Positions 52,321-64,000 of a stretch of DNA of 64,000 nucleotides are shown one piece after another; the stretch's first letter is position 1; every line of letters begins with the position of its first letter. This DNA is from Camelus ferus (taxonomy: Eukaryota): assembly GCF_009834535.1 (NCBI RefSeq), contig NC_045697.1, positions 28,460,001 to 28,524,000 on the forward strand. Direction: 5' to 3'. Under the pieces are notes generated by a model. That model was given only the letters and a program-made list of their open reading frames with translations, did not search any database and was not told where the DNA came from. Both the position numbers and the translations under genes were made by a program.

Positions 52321-54596
52321 ACACTACTTCCAGGTGATCCTAGGAAAGTACTTATAAATGATAAAAGAAACAGACTGTTATTGATATTTTATTTATCTTA
52401 AGTTACTAATACTGGGCAATGTACTAATAATTCCACAATCATTCATTGTTCTCCCAAAACTGTTTGGGATTGCCCTCCCTGTAATGCTACCAAGCAGCTT
52501 ATAAATTAATTTTAATTTGATGCAAAGTACTATGTATTAGGCATTCCTGTCCTTCTGTGCAAGCATTCAAAATGTAACAAAATGTCAACTTATCCTCTAC
52601 ACATCTCAGATCCATTCCTACCTCCACCCACCCCAGGAAAAAGATAAGAAGAAAAAAGAAGAGCAGTCAGTTCTAAGAACCCAGAATTAGTATAACTTGC
52701 TTTTTCCCTTATTTTTCTCAAGGTTGGATTATAAAAATATGTACCCTTATTTAACCTCTCTACTCTTGCCAATCTCTAGTTTCCCCTCTTTTTCAATAAG
52801 GTTAGTTCCCTGCTTCCAAGAGCAATATTACTAAGAAATTCATCTCCCTCACAAGAAATGAGTCATAAATCCACTATGCTCAATGTGAAATTCCTGTGGT
52901 TAAGAGAAAAAAGTATATAGAATGACTATATGTGCAGAATTTAAACCTAGGGAGGAAGTATTCTACATTTAAATGATTGTACTGATTCTCTTAAAGTGAT
53001 CAAATATTTATCTTGTTTTCCTAATTTTCTCTACTGCATTGTACTTTTTAAATCAAATCACATATTTACATATGGTTATGTAAATCTGTACATATATGTA
53101 AACATTTCCATACACATGTAAACAAGATTCTATCCAAAATAAATACTAAATGTTGATGCCAAAACTCCCACACATTAATCACTTAAAGATAAATTTTTAT
53201 CTATGAAGAGATGTTTGCAAATGGTTTAAAGCCTTAAGACTTTAGCATTTAGAAATGATTATATCATTGGTTGCCTCTGGAAATGGGGCCTAAGTAGCCA
53301 GGGACAGAACTAATAAGGACACTTTTCATTGTATACTGTTTTGTCTTCTGAACTGAATATTAACTTTTTAAAAGAATAACCTTACAGTAAGCTTCTTGTT
53401 ATTCCAGTATTAGAATGATTAGCTCTAGTGACAAATAATTATATCTCAATTTTTCTCTTGAATTGAATATGCTAAATCATCTTAATCCTCTATCTGACCC
53501 TCTGTCATCACTGAATTTGCTGGGTAGGGTTATTATACAATAAAAGGGATTCTAAACTCTGTACAGAAATGTGTTACAAAATAAACTAAATCTCATTATC
53601 AATGAGAAATGACCAAGTATATGAACAGACCACACAATCAATACTTCTAAAGTCAGTCTTTGCTCTAAATCTGAGGTAATCATTCTGTGCAAAAATCAGT
53701 TTTCAATGTTTACCTTTCCCTTCCTCTACTCATCCTCTAGTGGAAGCTTAAAAATTAAGAGACTCAAAATGCTGAAACAACATAGTATACACCACAAACT
53801 ATTAATATTGGTATAATGTTTTGGTAATGTTTTGTAAATTGAGTTTAAAATAAAGGCAAATGGGAATTCATTTTAAAAGTACACATAAAACAGAAGGAAT
53901 ATAAAGGAAGAAGATAAGAACTAAACTAGTTTTGTTTCAGGTGTTTTCCCAAGGCCCACTCAGAATCAAAGACATCTGGATACATACTATAGCTGGGAAA
54001 TAGAGGGAAAAAAACAAAAACGTGGAGTGAGGAGAGGGATAAGAGGTAATTTTACAACCCAGTCAACAGGAAATCAACTCTTTCTTCTAGAATTTCTTGA
54101 ACCACACATACAATCATAAAATTTATGTGTGTATATCTCAAACTTGAATCACAAATAAATGAGGAGCAGATCAATATTTTAATAAATAGTCCCTAGGAAA
54201 ACCTGCTAGCAATTAAGAAGGAAAAAAATTCATCAGTAATTCTAGAAAAAAATTTAGGTAAATATTTATTTGACCCTAGTGGAAGAACTTCCTAAAGATA
54301 CACACAATGAAAAATATCAACAAATCTACAACATAAATGTGTACATAAAAAAAAAATTCCAAATAAAATTAAAAGAGCAAAAGAACTGGGGAAAAAAACC
54401 ACACTCTACTAATGTGATGAGCAAAGACATCTTAATAACACAGAGCATATGCAAATAGATTCTTAAATTGGAGACTGCATTTGAGATCACAAATGATAAT
54501 AACTTTATGACAATATGAATCAGAAGTTAAAAAATGTTCATGCCCTTTGAATAATTCCACTTCTAAGGTTATATCAAAAAAAAAAAAATCTGAAGC

Positions 54597-54719
54597 AGGG
54601 GAGGGTATAGCTCAGAAGTAGTGTGCGTGTTTAGTATGCATGAGGTCTTGGGTTGAATCCCCAGTACCTTCACTTAAACAAACAAACAAACAAACCTAAT
54701 TACCCCCCCAAAACAAACA
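54597..54719 (+). mobile_element. tRNA-derived SINE, Vic-1-like
   Basis: ggggagggtatagctcag ... gggttgaatccccagtacct, (aaac)n, TSD aaaaatctgaa at 54584-54594 and 54720-54730. Confidence 0.92.
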
Positions 54720-57148
54720 AAAAATCTGAAATACAAGGATTTCTGTACAAAGATGGTTATCACAGCTTTATAATAGTGAAAAATTGGAACAATCTAAATG
54801 TCCGGCTAAAAGGGAATATTTAAGCTATGATACATATTATGAACTATTATGCAGCCAAATGTTTCATTTTCTTTCATAATAACATGGAGAAATGAGCAGA
54901 ACACAATATTAAAGTACATTAAATAGGATATAAAAATAAGCAAAGCACAAAGCATAAAAAAAGGCACTCAAAAAATTGAAAAAAAAGTATCAAAACTTTT
55001 AACACTGAGTATCTGTGGATGACAAGATTTTACTTTTCACTTTGTATGTATTTTACCTTTCAACAACATACAATGATCATATATTACTTTATAAATCAGG
55101 AAAAATTGTTGGATGCAATAAAACTAAGGAAAACTAATTCATATTTTTCAACAAATAAATGGTAAAAAGTAAATAAATAAAACCTTAAGAGATGGTAGGG
55201 ATATGGTTACAGTTTTAGAGATTTAAGATGTATCAATAAAATTCCACATATAGACCTTGTTTGAATTCTGATTCAAACAAACCCAGTAAAAGGACAATTA
55301 TAAAATAATCAGGAACTCTGAACACAGAGTGGATTAAATGACATTTATGACTAATTTTTCTTAACATAACTACAACGTCAATTGTCATATCTAAAAAGAG
55401 TCCTTATCTCTGAGAGATCCCACTATTTCCAGTTAAAGAGATATTATGCCTGGGATCTAGTTGAAAATAATCCTGCAAAGGGGGAGATAAAGACAAAAAA
55501 AACAGCCACGAGGTGAATGACTGTTGAAGCCAGTTGATGGATACGCAGGGATTCATTATACCATTCTACCTTTTAGCACTAAAAATTTCAAATATATCTA
55601 AATTTAAAAAAAATACATTTTCATAGAAACACAAAACAAAAACTGCTCTGCTTCCTCCCCATGCAAACATAGGGCTCTCCTTGAGGAAGCAGGGATAACC
55701 AAGCCTGATTCAAGGTCAGAGGATGAAAACTCTTTCTACTGTAATTTGAAGAACGTGATTTATAATAAAATCATCTTTTCAAATAGCCAAATCTTAACAG
55801 TAATCAAGAACCATACCAAAATTCTTTCCATTTAAAAAATAAAAACCCACACCAAGAACAAAATATAAATTAACAATTTAGATAGAAAGCATGCAATTTG
55901 TTTTTACAAGACAGAAAATAGAGGTTGGTCAATGAAATGGAAAACTCGGAAAAAGCATTCTATGCATTTTTAATCTAAAAAGCATCAATGTTACTGGTTA
56001 AAGCTCCAAAGTTATAAAACCAAAAAAGTGAAACATATGCTAGAAACTGCTAGAACTGTCCCCAAGACATTCAGGGAGACTACACTTGTTTGCTCTCTAC
56101 TCTATTTTTAATCTTATTCCCAATTATGTCACAGAGGTAATTACTCACCTCTAAAAATAATTTTTTTCTAGAAATAGCTTTCTGATCCCGAGTTTTTACC
56201 CAGTAGCCAATCAGAAAGCTGATCAACCAAATGAGCAGAGCTATCCCAAAACTCTAACTACCTTTCATATTAAACAGGGAGAACATAATATTTGTCTGTC
56301 AACTTCCATAATACTATCATTATTATACAGTATACTGATATGCTATATTTAGTAGTTGGGATTACTTTTACCAGATGACCCAACATCTTAATGTAATAAG
56401 GTGTTCAGATTTACTCATATACAATACATCATTTTGTAATGTATTCATTTGCTTTATTCCTTTATCAGAAATGGATCTCAAACATAGCTATACTTGGTAA
56501 TAGTTTATACTTGCTTATAGCTTTACTAAATACTTTTATATCTTAACAACAGCCCTCTGACAAAGTCAAAGCAGGAAAATTAGCCCTTTTTTAAAATGAG
56601 GAAAGTAGGTTCAGATAAGCTAATAATTTAACCATGATTACACATCCATACAGTATGAGACAGACCTTGGACAGGAAATCACAACGTCAATTCCTGACCA
56701 GGACTCATTCCACATGTCAGATATGACCAATCATGCTAGTTATATTTGTTTCACTATTATAAAGACAACTTTAGAGCAGTACAGAAATTAGATAATCATC
56801 AACTGACTTCCTAATACTTCTTACTGATGACATACATTTGCATCTCTGATTCTCTGATGGGAAGTGGACAAGGAAAGGATGCAAACTCAAGTTCAAATCA
56901 ATCAATCATTATTTGTTAAAAACTGTGCTAAAGCTATGCCTGGGAGAAGTTAAAGTTATTTTTTAAATTTAAATGTTGAAATAAACCCCACTATACACCC
57001 TAAATACCACAATTCTCTGTGCTTAGGAATTAAGACTTCCTGAACTCTATCACGACAGATTTTTAAAATTCAAATTAATAGTCAAGCAATTATAGTCACA
57101 AATTCCTTATCGTACTCCCTATATTGATCCAATAGGGTGACCCTATAT

Positions 57149-57555
57149 TGTTTGTAAACAAAGAATGCTGCCAGTCATTCCAGTTCTACAAGGATCAAGT
57201 CATCAGCCCCTGCAGCTGCTGACCTTTAACTCCACCCTGAAAGAATTTAGGATGAAGCATTCTGTTTTGGATATATGATCCCCTAGATAGTTAAAATGCA
57301 TTTCTAACGAAGAATTCCAATGACCCTATATTCTTGCATCTTGCCATACACAGAAAAGCACTATAGAGATATATGGTCCTTGTGACTAGTAATAACCTTT
57401 CACTTCACTATACATATAAATATCAGCACCTCCCTTACTTTGGAGCAGTTCTCTGAGCTATCTGAGAGACTGTCTCTTGTGCTACAGTCCTCAGTAAGAC
57501 ACTGAATAAACTCAACTCACAGCTCTCAAGTTGTGCATTTTTTCTCAAGTTGACA
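57149..57555 (+). mobile_element. ERV1-type solo LTR
   Basis: TG...CA ends, cataaata TATA-like element, ctgaataaac poly(A) signal, terminal aagttgaca. Confidence 0.7.
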
Positions 57556-58354
57556 GTTCCATCTAAAATGAGCTATTTATAAGAGAAAATATAATAAAAA
57601 CCGCCTCTGAAAATCTTATAAAACATTTTTACAGGATAACAGAAAGCTTAAAGATACTCTTTCAGAGTGCAGACTATTCAAAAGGAAGTGACTAGAGCAG
57701 GCTAGACAGAATGACAACCAAATGTTTGTTTTTCACAGAGTGGAATGGGAAAGTGTAGAAGAAACAAGGTCAGCATAAGCAGGAGGCCCGTGCAAGATAT
57801 CACTGCACAGATAAGGTAGAGATGAGACAATGCCTAGTCCTCATTTATCCACAGTCAACAAATTACAATTTCGCAGTGGTACTGTTACAACTTTGGGGAT
57901 GCAACCGTTCTCACCCCCGCATTTAAAGAGGAAAGAACTGAGGCCCGGAGAGCTTCAGTAACTTACCCAAAGTCACGCAATGGAGGTGACTTCTCTCCCT
58001 TCTCTCAAACCCATGTCTTCTCTCACTTCTCTTTCTGGAAAGGATGTATCTAACAAGTCCCCAGGGGACTAGGTAATTGGCAGAAGAGTTCAGAGGAGGA
58101 TACAGAAGAAATAAAAGGCAGGCCCTACCTCCAAGAGATTGCAATCAAGTTAATTATTATACTTCATTCATATAATAATAGTATAATTATATACCAGTAT
58201 TTCATTAACAGCCAAAATAAATGTCACAAATCACTTCTGTGATAATCTCTCTGGAGAAACCTCAAGAGAACAACTACTTGGCTAACTTAACTTACTTCTA
58301 TCCCATTTTTATTAAAAGCTGAACTCTTCAAGGTTATCAAGAATTTCTTTACCT

Positions 58355-58565
58355 ATTTTTTCCTTTTTTCAGTTTTATTATGTAGAATTATTACAGTTCA
58401 ACTGCACATACACATTATATTGCATGTAAATGCATATATACATTATACTGCAATTTTTTTAAATTTTCATATATGCACTAATTATTGTTTCTAAGAACAG
58501 ATTAGATCTCTAGCTTTTTAAACTTACATAATTATCAAAGGAATAAAGCCAACTACAAAATAAGA
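58355..58565 (-). mobile_element. Polyadenylated 211-bp insert of unassigned family between ~50-bp direct repeats
   Basis: Minus-strand AATAAA (58374-58379) followed by an A-rich tail; direct repeats at 58305-58354 and 58566-58615. Confidence 0.7.
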
Positions 58566-59542
58566 ATTTTTATTAAAAGCTGAACTCTTCAAGGTTATCA
58601 AGAATCTCCTTATCTCTCAATTCCTCCAAGTCTCTGCAGCACAGGACTCTGTTAAAGGTCCACCCTGGGGCTGTGACCACTTTTCTGGAAATTCTCAGTT
58701 AATGGGACCCTATTTTCCTACATCTTAAACAGTACCTTCTTTCTCCTCAGCCACCCTTTTTCCTTACCTATATTTGACTGTATAAGGAATCACCTTAGGC
58801 AACATTTGCTAAAAATAGCACAAGATAGCAGAAAGAATATATCTTAGATAAATAACTTAAGTTATGGCACTACTGAGAAATGGTAAATTACCCTCTCTGT
58901 GACTTCAGTTTCTCTATCTATAAAGTAAGAGAGATAGCTATTCATTTTAAAGGGTTGTCCAAGGATCAAGTGAGAATTTGTAAGAGTGCTTTGTAAACTG
59001 TAAAAGGCTCTGGGCCAATTCAACTATAAGCCCTTATTTTTGAAATGTATCATCAATCCTCAGCACAAGTTCTCTGTATAGCTTTGGAGTGTTGTATTCC
59101 CCTGGAGCTCAGCTATCACTCTTCTGTATAAAAGGGAAAGGAAAGAAAAAAAGTCTTCTGTTCTGAATCTTGGCTCCTCACCTATGAATTTCCTGTCCTT
59201 CCCTAGTTGTTACTCTTATACAATCTCAAAGATTCTCTCAAGGTCCAGGGGTAAAATTTATTGTAAATGGTCAAACAAAGGAAAACTTTCCAATTGAATC
59301 ATCTTTGTTTATATTCAATTATCTTAACCAAAAGTTTCATATTCTCCATATGTTTTCTGAAATTTCTACTGGAGTACTACTTAGTCACATTCTGAATAAA
59401 AGAGTTTAAACTCAGGGGAAAAGGCTGTTTTTCATAAGTTATAAACAGAAAAATTCTACAGAAGATGATATAAAAATTCCACATTCTGTGATCACAAATC
59501 ATAACGGATATGTTATTTACAAATGTTAAGAAACTGGTTTTC

Positions 59543-59643
59543 CAAATGTATGTATGTATATGCATGGCTGGGACATTGTGCTGTACACCAGAAATTGACA
59601 CACTGTAACTGACAGTACTTCAATAAAAAAAAAAAAAGAAAAA
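59543..59643 (+). mobile_element. Very short LINE-1 terminus
   Basis: gctgtacaccagaaattgacaca ... caataaaaaa, TSD aagaaacNNgttttc. Confidence 0.88.
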
Positions 59644-60735
59644 AAGAAACCAGTTTTCAACAGCTGTATTTCAAAATACTTGTATGTTCTGAACTGTGAG
59701 GTACATCACAAGTAATGTTACAAGTGTGTGATTGATTTACATCATTCAAATAAAGTAAAGCGGAATCAAGACTTTTTCGTACTATCACTCTCATTCACTT
59801 CCTTGCCAATATGATTTTTTTTAGCAGAAAAGAGTTACAGCTACTGCTCTCCCAACTCATGTAACTCGCAGCTTCTCTCAACCATGTTACAGCCTAGATG
59901 ACATATCTGCACAAAGATGCATGTAAATGTCATTCATGACGACAGGGAAAATGTTTAGAACCACTGTGATAAAGAAAGTAATGTTATTTTAAAAAATGAA
60001 AGTTGAATGAGCACCACAGATTTAAAAAAAAAAGTCTTCAAAAATTTTAAGCAAGTTAGTTTCTTCTAGATTATCTTTGCTAAGAGTAACGAAGCAACAA
60101 AATACACATTATGTAAAAACAAAATAGCCTTTTAAAAAAAATAAAGTATAAAACAAGATAGCAACGAGAACACTGTCCTGTATGTCTGGTGCATTTACCA
60201 AGAAGATGCTTACTGTATCCCTAATTTGATTTGAAGCATCTTTATTAGCTGTTAAAATTTGAAAGCGCTGCATCTGTAATACTTTTCAATGAGAGCAGTC
60301 AAGCAAAAACCAGTTATATTCTGTGTTTTTACAAAGCTGAGACACATCTGTGCTTTGACCTAAATTTAAAAAAGGAAATGAAAATTCAATATGAAAATAA
60401 GCAACAAGAAGGTAACTTTCTTCAAAACATGAACACTGAAATTTTAAATGTTATAAACAAAATATAAGCCCTACTATGCACCTAAAAATTAGTTTTAATT
60501 CAGAAAAATATACATTTTTCCAAGGAGTTGAACTTTTTGAGTTTAAAGGCAATACATATTTATAATTTTAAAATTCAATCAGAAAGGTTAAGGAAACAAA
60601 CCCGCAAAAGTAAAAGATGCTCTCCTCTCCTCAGAGACAATCTCTATTAAAAATTTTCATGTAAATTTTCTAGGACTGGAACTATAGGTATGCTGTATAT
60701 ACTAGCTCAACTATGATTAAAATCACCATATTTTC

Positions 60736-60910
60736 AGGAGGTAGGATATAGCTCAGTGGTAGGGTGCAGCTCAGTGGTAGGGTGCAGCTCAGTGGTAGGG
60801 TGCGTGCCCAGTACGCACAAGGTCCTGGGTTCAGTCCCCAGTACTTCCATTAAAAATAAATAAATAAAACCTTATTACTTCCCCTCCAAAAACATAAAAA
60901 TAATTTTTTA
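60736..60910 (+). mobile_element. Vic-1-like SINE with an internally triplicated A box
   Basis: (agctcagtggtagggtgc)x3 at 60750-60803, B-box-like ggttcagtcc, perfect 15-bp TSD aaaatcaccatattt at 60719-60733 and 60911-60925. Confidence 0.92.
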
Positions 60911-61845
60911 AAAATCACCATATTTCAAATCACTAAAATGTCGTAATTATAATTTTTTAAATAATTAGAATGGTTGCTCTAACTATTCAGACCTTGGGTT
61001 AACTATTTAAAGCCATGGTTCACCATAATATTATTTATAATGGTGTAAACTACATTCATGCCCAACATTAAATGAAAAGTTCAAGTAAATCAGTTTTTCA
61101 AAATATCTTACAAAATTCAGCCAGTTAAAATCAATTTAGAAAGTCTCTAAGGCCATGGTAAAAAGCTCACTATGTTAAAAACCCACCCCACCTCCCACAA
61201 AAGGATACAAGCTGATGTAAGCATTACATCTCATTTGCATCAAAGATGAATTTAAAAAGTAAAAGATTGGAAGGAAATATATGTACAGAGATGACTTCTG
61301 AATGAGGAATACAGCTTTTGTAGTTGGTTTTATATATCACTATCTTTTGCAGCTTTTCAATAACAACCATGTTGTGTATAAAAAAAAAAGGAGGAACTAT
61401 CAGAAAGGCATATCCAATTTAGGTTTAAACAGAATAAAACAATTCATGAAAGCAGTCTTATTAACATATTCTGACAGCTGAAAAAACAAGTAAGTTTACT
61501 TATTGTAACTTCCATGATTCTGTAAAACAAAAAAGACAAGTCGACACTCTGTAACATAAAGCACACGAACTTTGGGTCAAGGAAAAACTGGGTTTGAATC
61601 CTAACAGTCCCAGTAGCTTTACCTTAGGCAACTTATCTAAGCAGACCTGTTTCCTCCAGTGTAAGTTAGGGGTAACAATATCTGACTTGGAGGGTTGATG
61701 TAGCTAAACACAAAGTATATAAAGGAAGTCAAGGGACTGGCATATATACTCCAAAATAGTAAATGCCATTATTGCTGATATTCAGGCAGGTAACTAAATT
61801 TCAGACTCAAATAAATCTTCAGTCCTCTTTTAAAATGTTTTTGAA

Positions 61846-63285
61846 CATACAGACCAATGGAACAGAATAGAGAGCCCAGAAATGAACCCACAAACTTTTG
61901 GTCAACTAATCTTTGACAAAGGAGGCAAGAATATACAATGGAATAAAGACAGTCTCTTCAGCAAATGGTGTTGGGAAAACTGGACAGCAGCATGTAAAAC
62001 AATGAAGCTAGAACACTCCCTTACACCATATACAAAAATCAACTCAAAATGGATCAAAGACTTAAACATAAGACAAGATACAATAAACCTCCTAGAGGAA
62101 AACATAGGCAAAACATTATCTGACATACATCTCAAAAATTTTCTCCTAGTAGAAATAAAAGCAAAAATAAACAAATGGGACCTAATGAAACTTACAAGCT
62201 TCTGCACAGCAAAGGAAACCATACGTAAAACAAAAAGACAACCTATGGAATGGGAGAAAATTTTTGCAAATGAAACTGACAAAGGCTTGATCTCCAGAAT
62301 ATATAAGCAGCTCATATGACTCAATAAGAAAAAAATAAACAACCCAATCCAAAAATGGGCAGAAGACCTAACAAGCAATTCTCCAAGGAAGACATACAAA
62401 TGATCAAAAGGCACATGAAAAAATGCTCAATATCACTAATTATCAGAGAAATGCAAATCAAAACTACAATGAGGTATCACCTCACACCAGTCAGAATGGC
62501 CGTCATTCAAAAATCCACAAATGACAAATGCTGGAGAGGCTGTGGAGAAAGGGGAACCCTCCTACACTGCTGGTGGGAATGCAGTTTGGTGCAGCCACTG
62601 TGGAAAACAGTGTGGAGATTCCTCAAAAGACTAGGAATAGACTTACCGTATGACCCAGGAATCCCACTCCTGGGCTTATATCCAGAAGGAACCCTACTTC
62701 AGGATGACACCTGCACCCCAATGTTCATAGCAGCACTATTTACAATAGCCAAAACATGGAAACAGCCTAAATGTCCATCAACAGGTGACTGGATAAAGAA
62801 GAGGTGGTATATTTATACAATGGAATACTACTCAGCCATAAAAACCAACAACATAACGCCATTTGCAGCAACATGGATGCTCCTGGAGAATGTCATTCTA
62901 AGTGAAGTAAGCTAGAAGGAGAAAGAAAAATACCATATGAGATTGCTCATATGTGGAATCTAAAAAATAAAAACAAAAACAAGCAAACAAACAAACAAAA
63001 ACAAAGTGTAAATACAGGACAGAAATAGACTCATAGACATAGAATACAGACTTGTGGTTGCCAGGGGGGCGGAGGGTGGGAAGGGATAGACTGGGATTTC
63101 AAAATTGTAGAATAGATAAACAAGATTATACTGTATAGCACAGGGAATCACAGAGGAAAAAATGTGATAATGAGTGTGTATATGTCCATGTATGACTGAA
63201 AAATTGTGCTGAACACTAGAATTTGACACAACACTGTAAAATGATTATAAATCAATAAAAAATGTTTTAAAATAAATAAGTAAAT
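61846..63285 (+). mobile_element. Relatively young 5'-truncated LINE-1 (ORF2 C-terminus with stop/frameshift plus 3' UTR)
   Basis: ORFs 61882-62319 and 62355-62915 are L1 ORF2p-like, including [21 protein letters not shown] aaaatg(t/g)ttttgaa at 61832-61845 and 63286-63299 at a canonical TTTT/AAAA site. Confidence 0.97.
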
Positions 63286-64000
63286 AAAATGGTTTTGAAG
63301 TGCCCAAACTGTTCTTAAACTAACTGCAGGATCTACTGACATGTGCTCAACTACAGAAACAACCATTCAGATGGTTACTACTTGCTGCGTGGGCCAAATC
63401 ATGAATATGCACATAAATACAAACCAAAAAAACACCTTTACTTATAAGCCTGTAGTAGTACTTGCATAAGAAGTTTTACAATCTTAAAAAAATCCCAATA
63501 TAAGCCACAATGTAACAGTCAGGAGTGCTTACTTTTCTGCAAAAATCTTTACAACCCATATACTAATATGTCACTATTAATTATCACTAATTCACAATTT
63601 AGTGTCTTTTATTGAAGTTTTTGTCCTAAGTTATATTAAATTATACAGAAAAAGATTAGTACAAATATTTCCTTTTGCAATGTAGTGTTTTTTTTACAGA
63701 TACTGTTAAAGTTGAGACTTTTCTCCATTTATTCTATGAACAAGCCTGATTGCTTAATTGGTTCTTCCTGACCTTATGGGCCTCCCAATCAAATAGGCCA
63801 GACAGCCACAGACAATTAAATATGGAAGGTGAAGTGATGGGAGCCACAGACGGCTATTTACAGAAGCCTGAGGTGGGGTAGAGCTCTGGTAAGTGATGTG
63901 TGACCTGAGCTTTAACAGATATACACAGTTAGCCAGGCTTCAAGACTAGGAAGAGAGTAAAGACAAGCAGTATTTCTCTGTATTAAGTCATCTCTCCACC

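Noticed and set aside
60750..60803. Three identical 18-bp repeats resembling a CRISPR array
   Set aside because: No spacers, eukaryotic DNA, inside a SINE.
61882..62915. Long ORFs of 145, 170 and 186 aa
   Set aside because: Broken L1 ORF2 C-terminus and its antisense shadow; not a host gene and not an active element.
63526..63570. Possible 30-nt minus-strand cryptic exon (donor AAA|gtaagc)
   Set aside because: Weak acceptor without a good pyrimidine tract; no support without transcript data.

Overview
Mammalian genomic DNA, very probably a camelid (camel/alpaca/llama), judged from three Vic-1-type tRNA-derived SINEs. The window holds the whole coding part of SMIM14 (small integral membrane protein 14, C4orf34) on the minus strand. 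Four GT-AG coding exons (44269-44343, 27662-27710, 18562-18704, 16435-16467) join into a 300-nt, 99-aa ORF that the ORF track misses. A long 3' UTR with several candidate poly(A) signals follows; non-coding exon 1 appears to lie beyond the right edge. At the left end is a CpG-island promoter with a minus-strand non-coding first exon, assigned to UGDH by conserved SMIM14-UGDH synteny rather than by coding sequence. The rest is intron or intergenic DNA full of L1, L2, MIR, SINE, LTR and DNA-transposon remnants, many with readable target-site duplications (TSDs). I see no convincing new biological system. The most unusual items are retrotransposition oddities: an insert bounded by a ~50-bp duplication, a probable L1 3' transduction, and a SINE with a triplicated Pol III A box. 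Repeat family names come from recalled consensus sequences, not a database search, and repeat boundaries are approximate.
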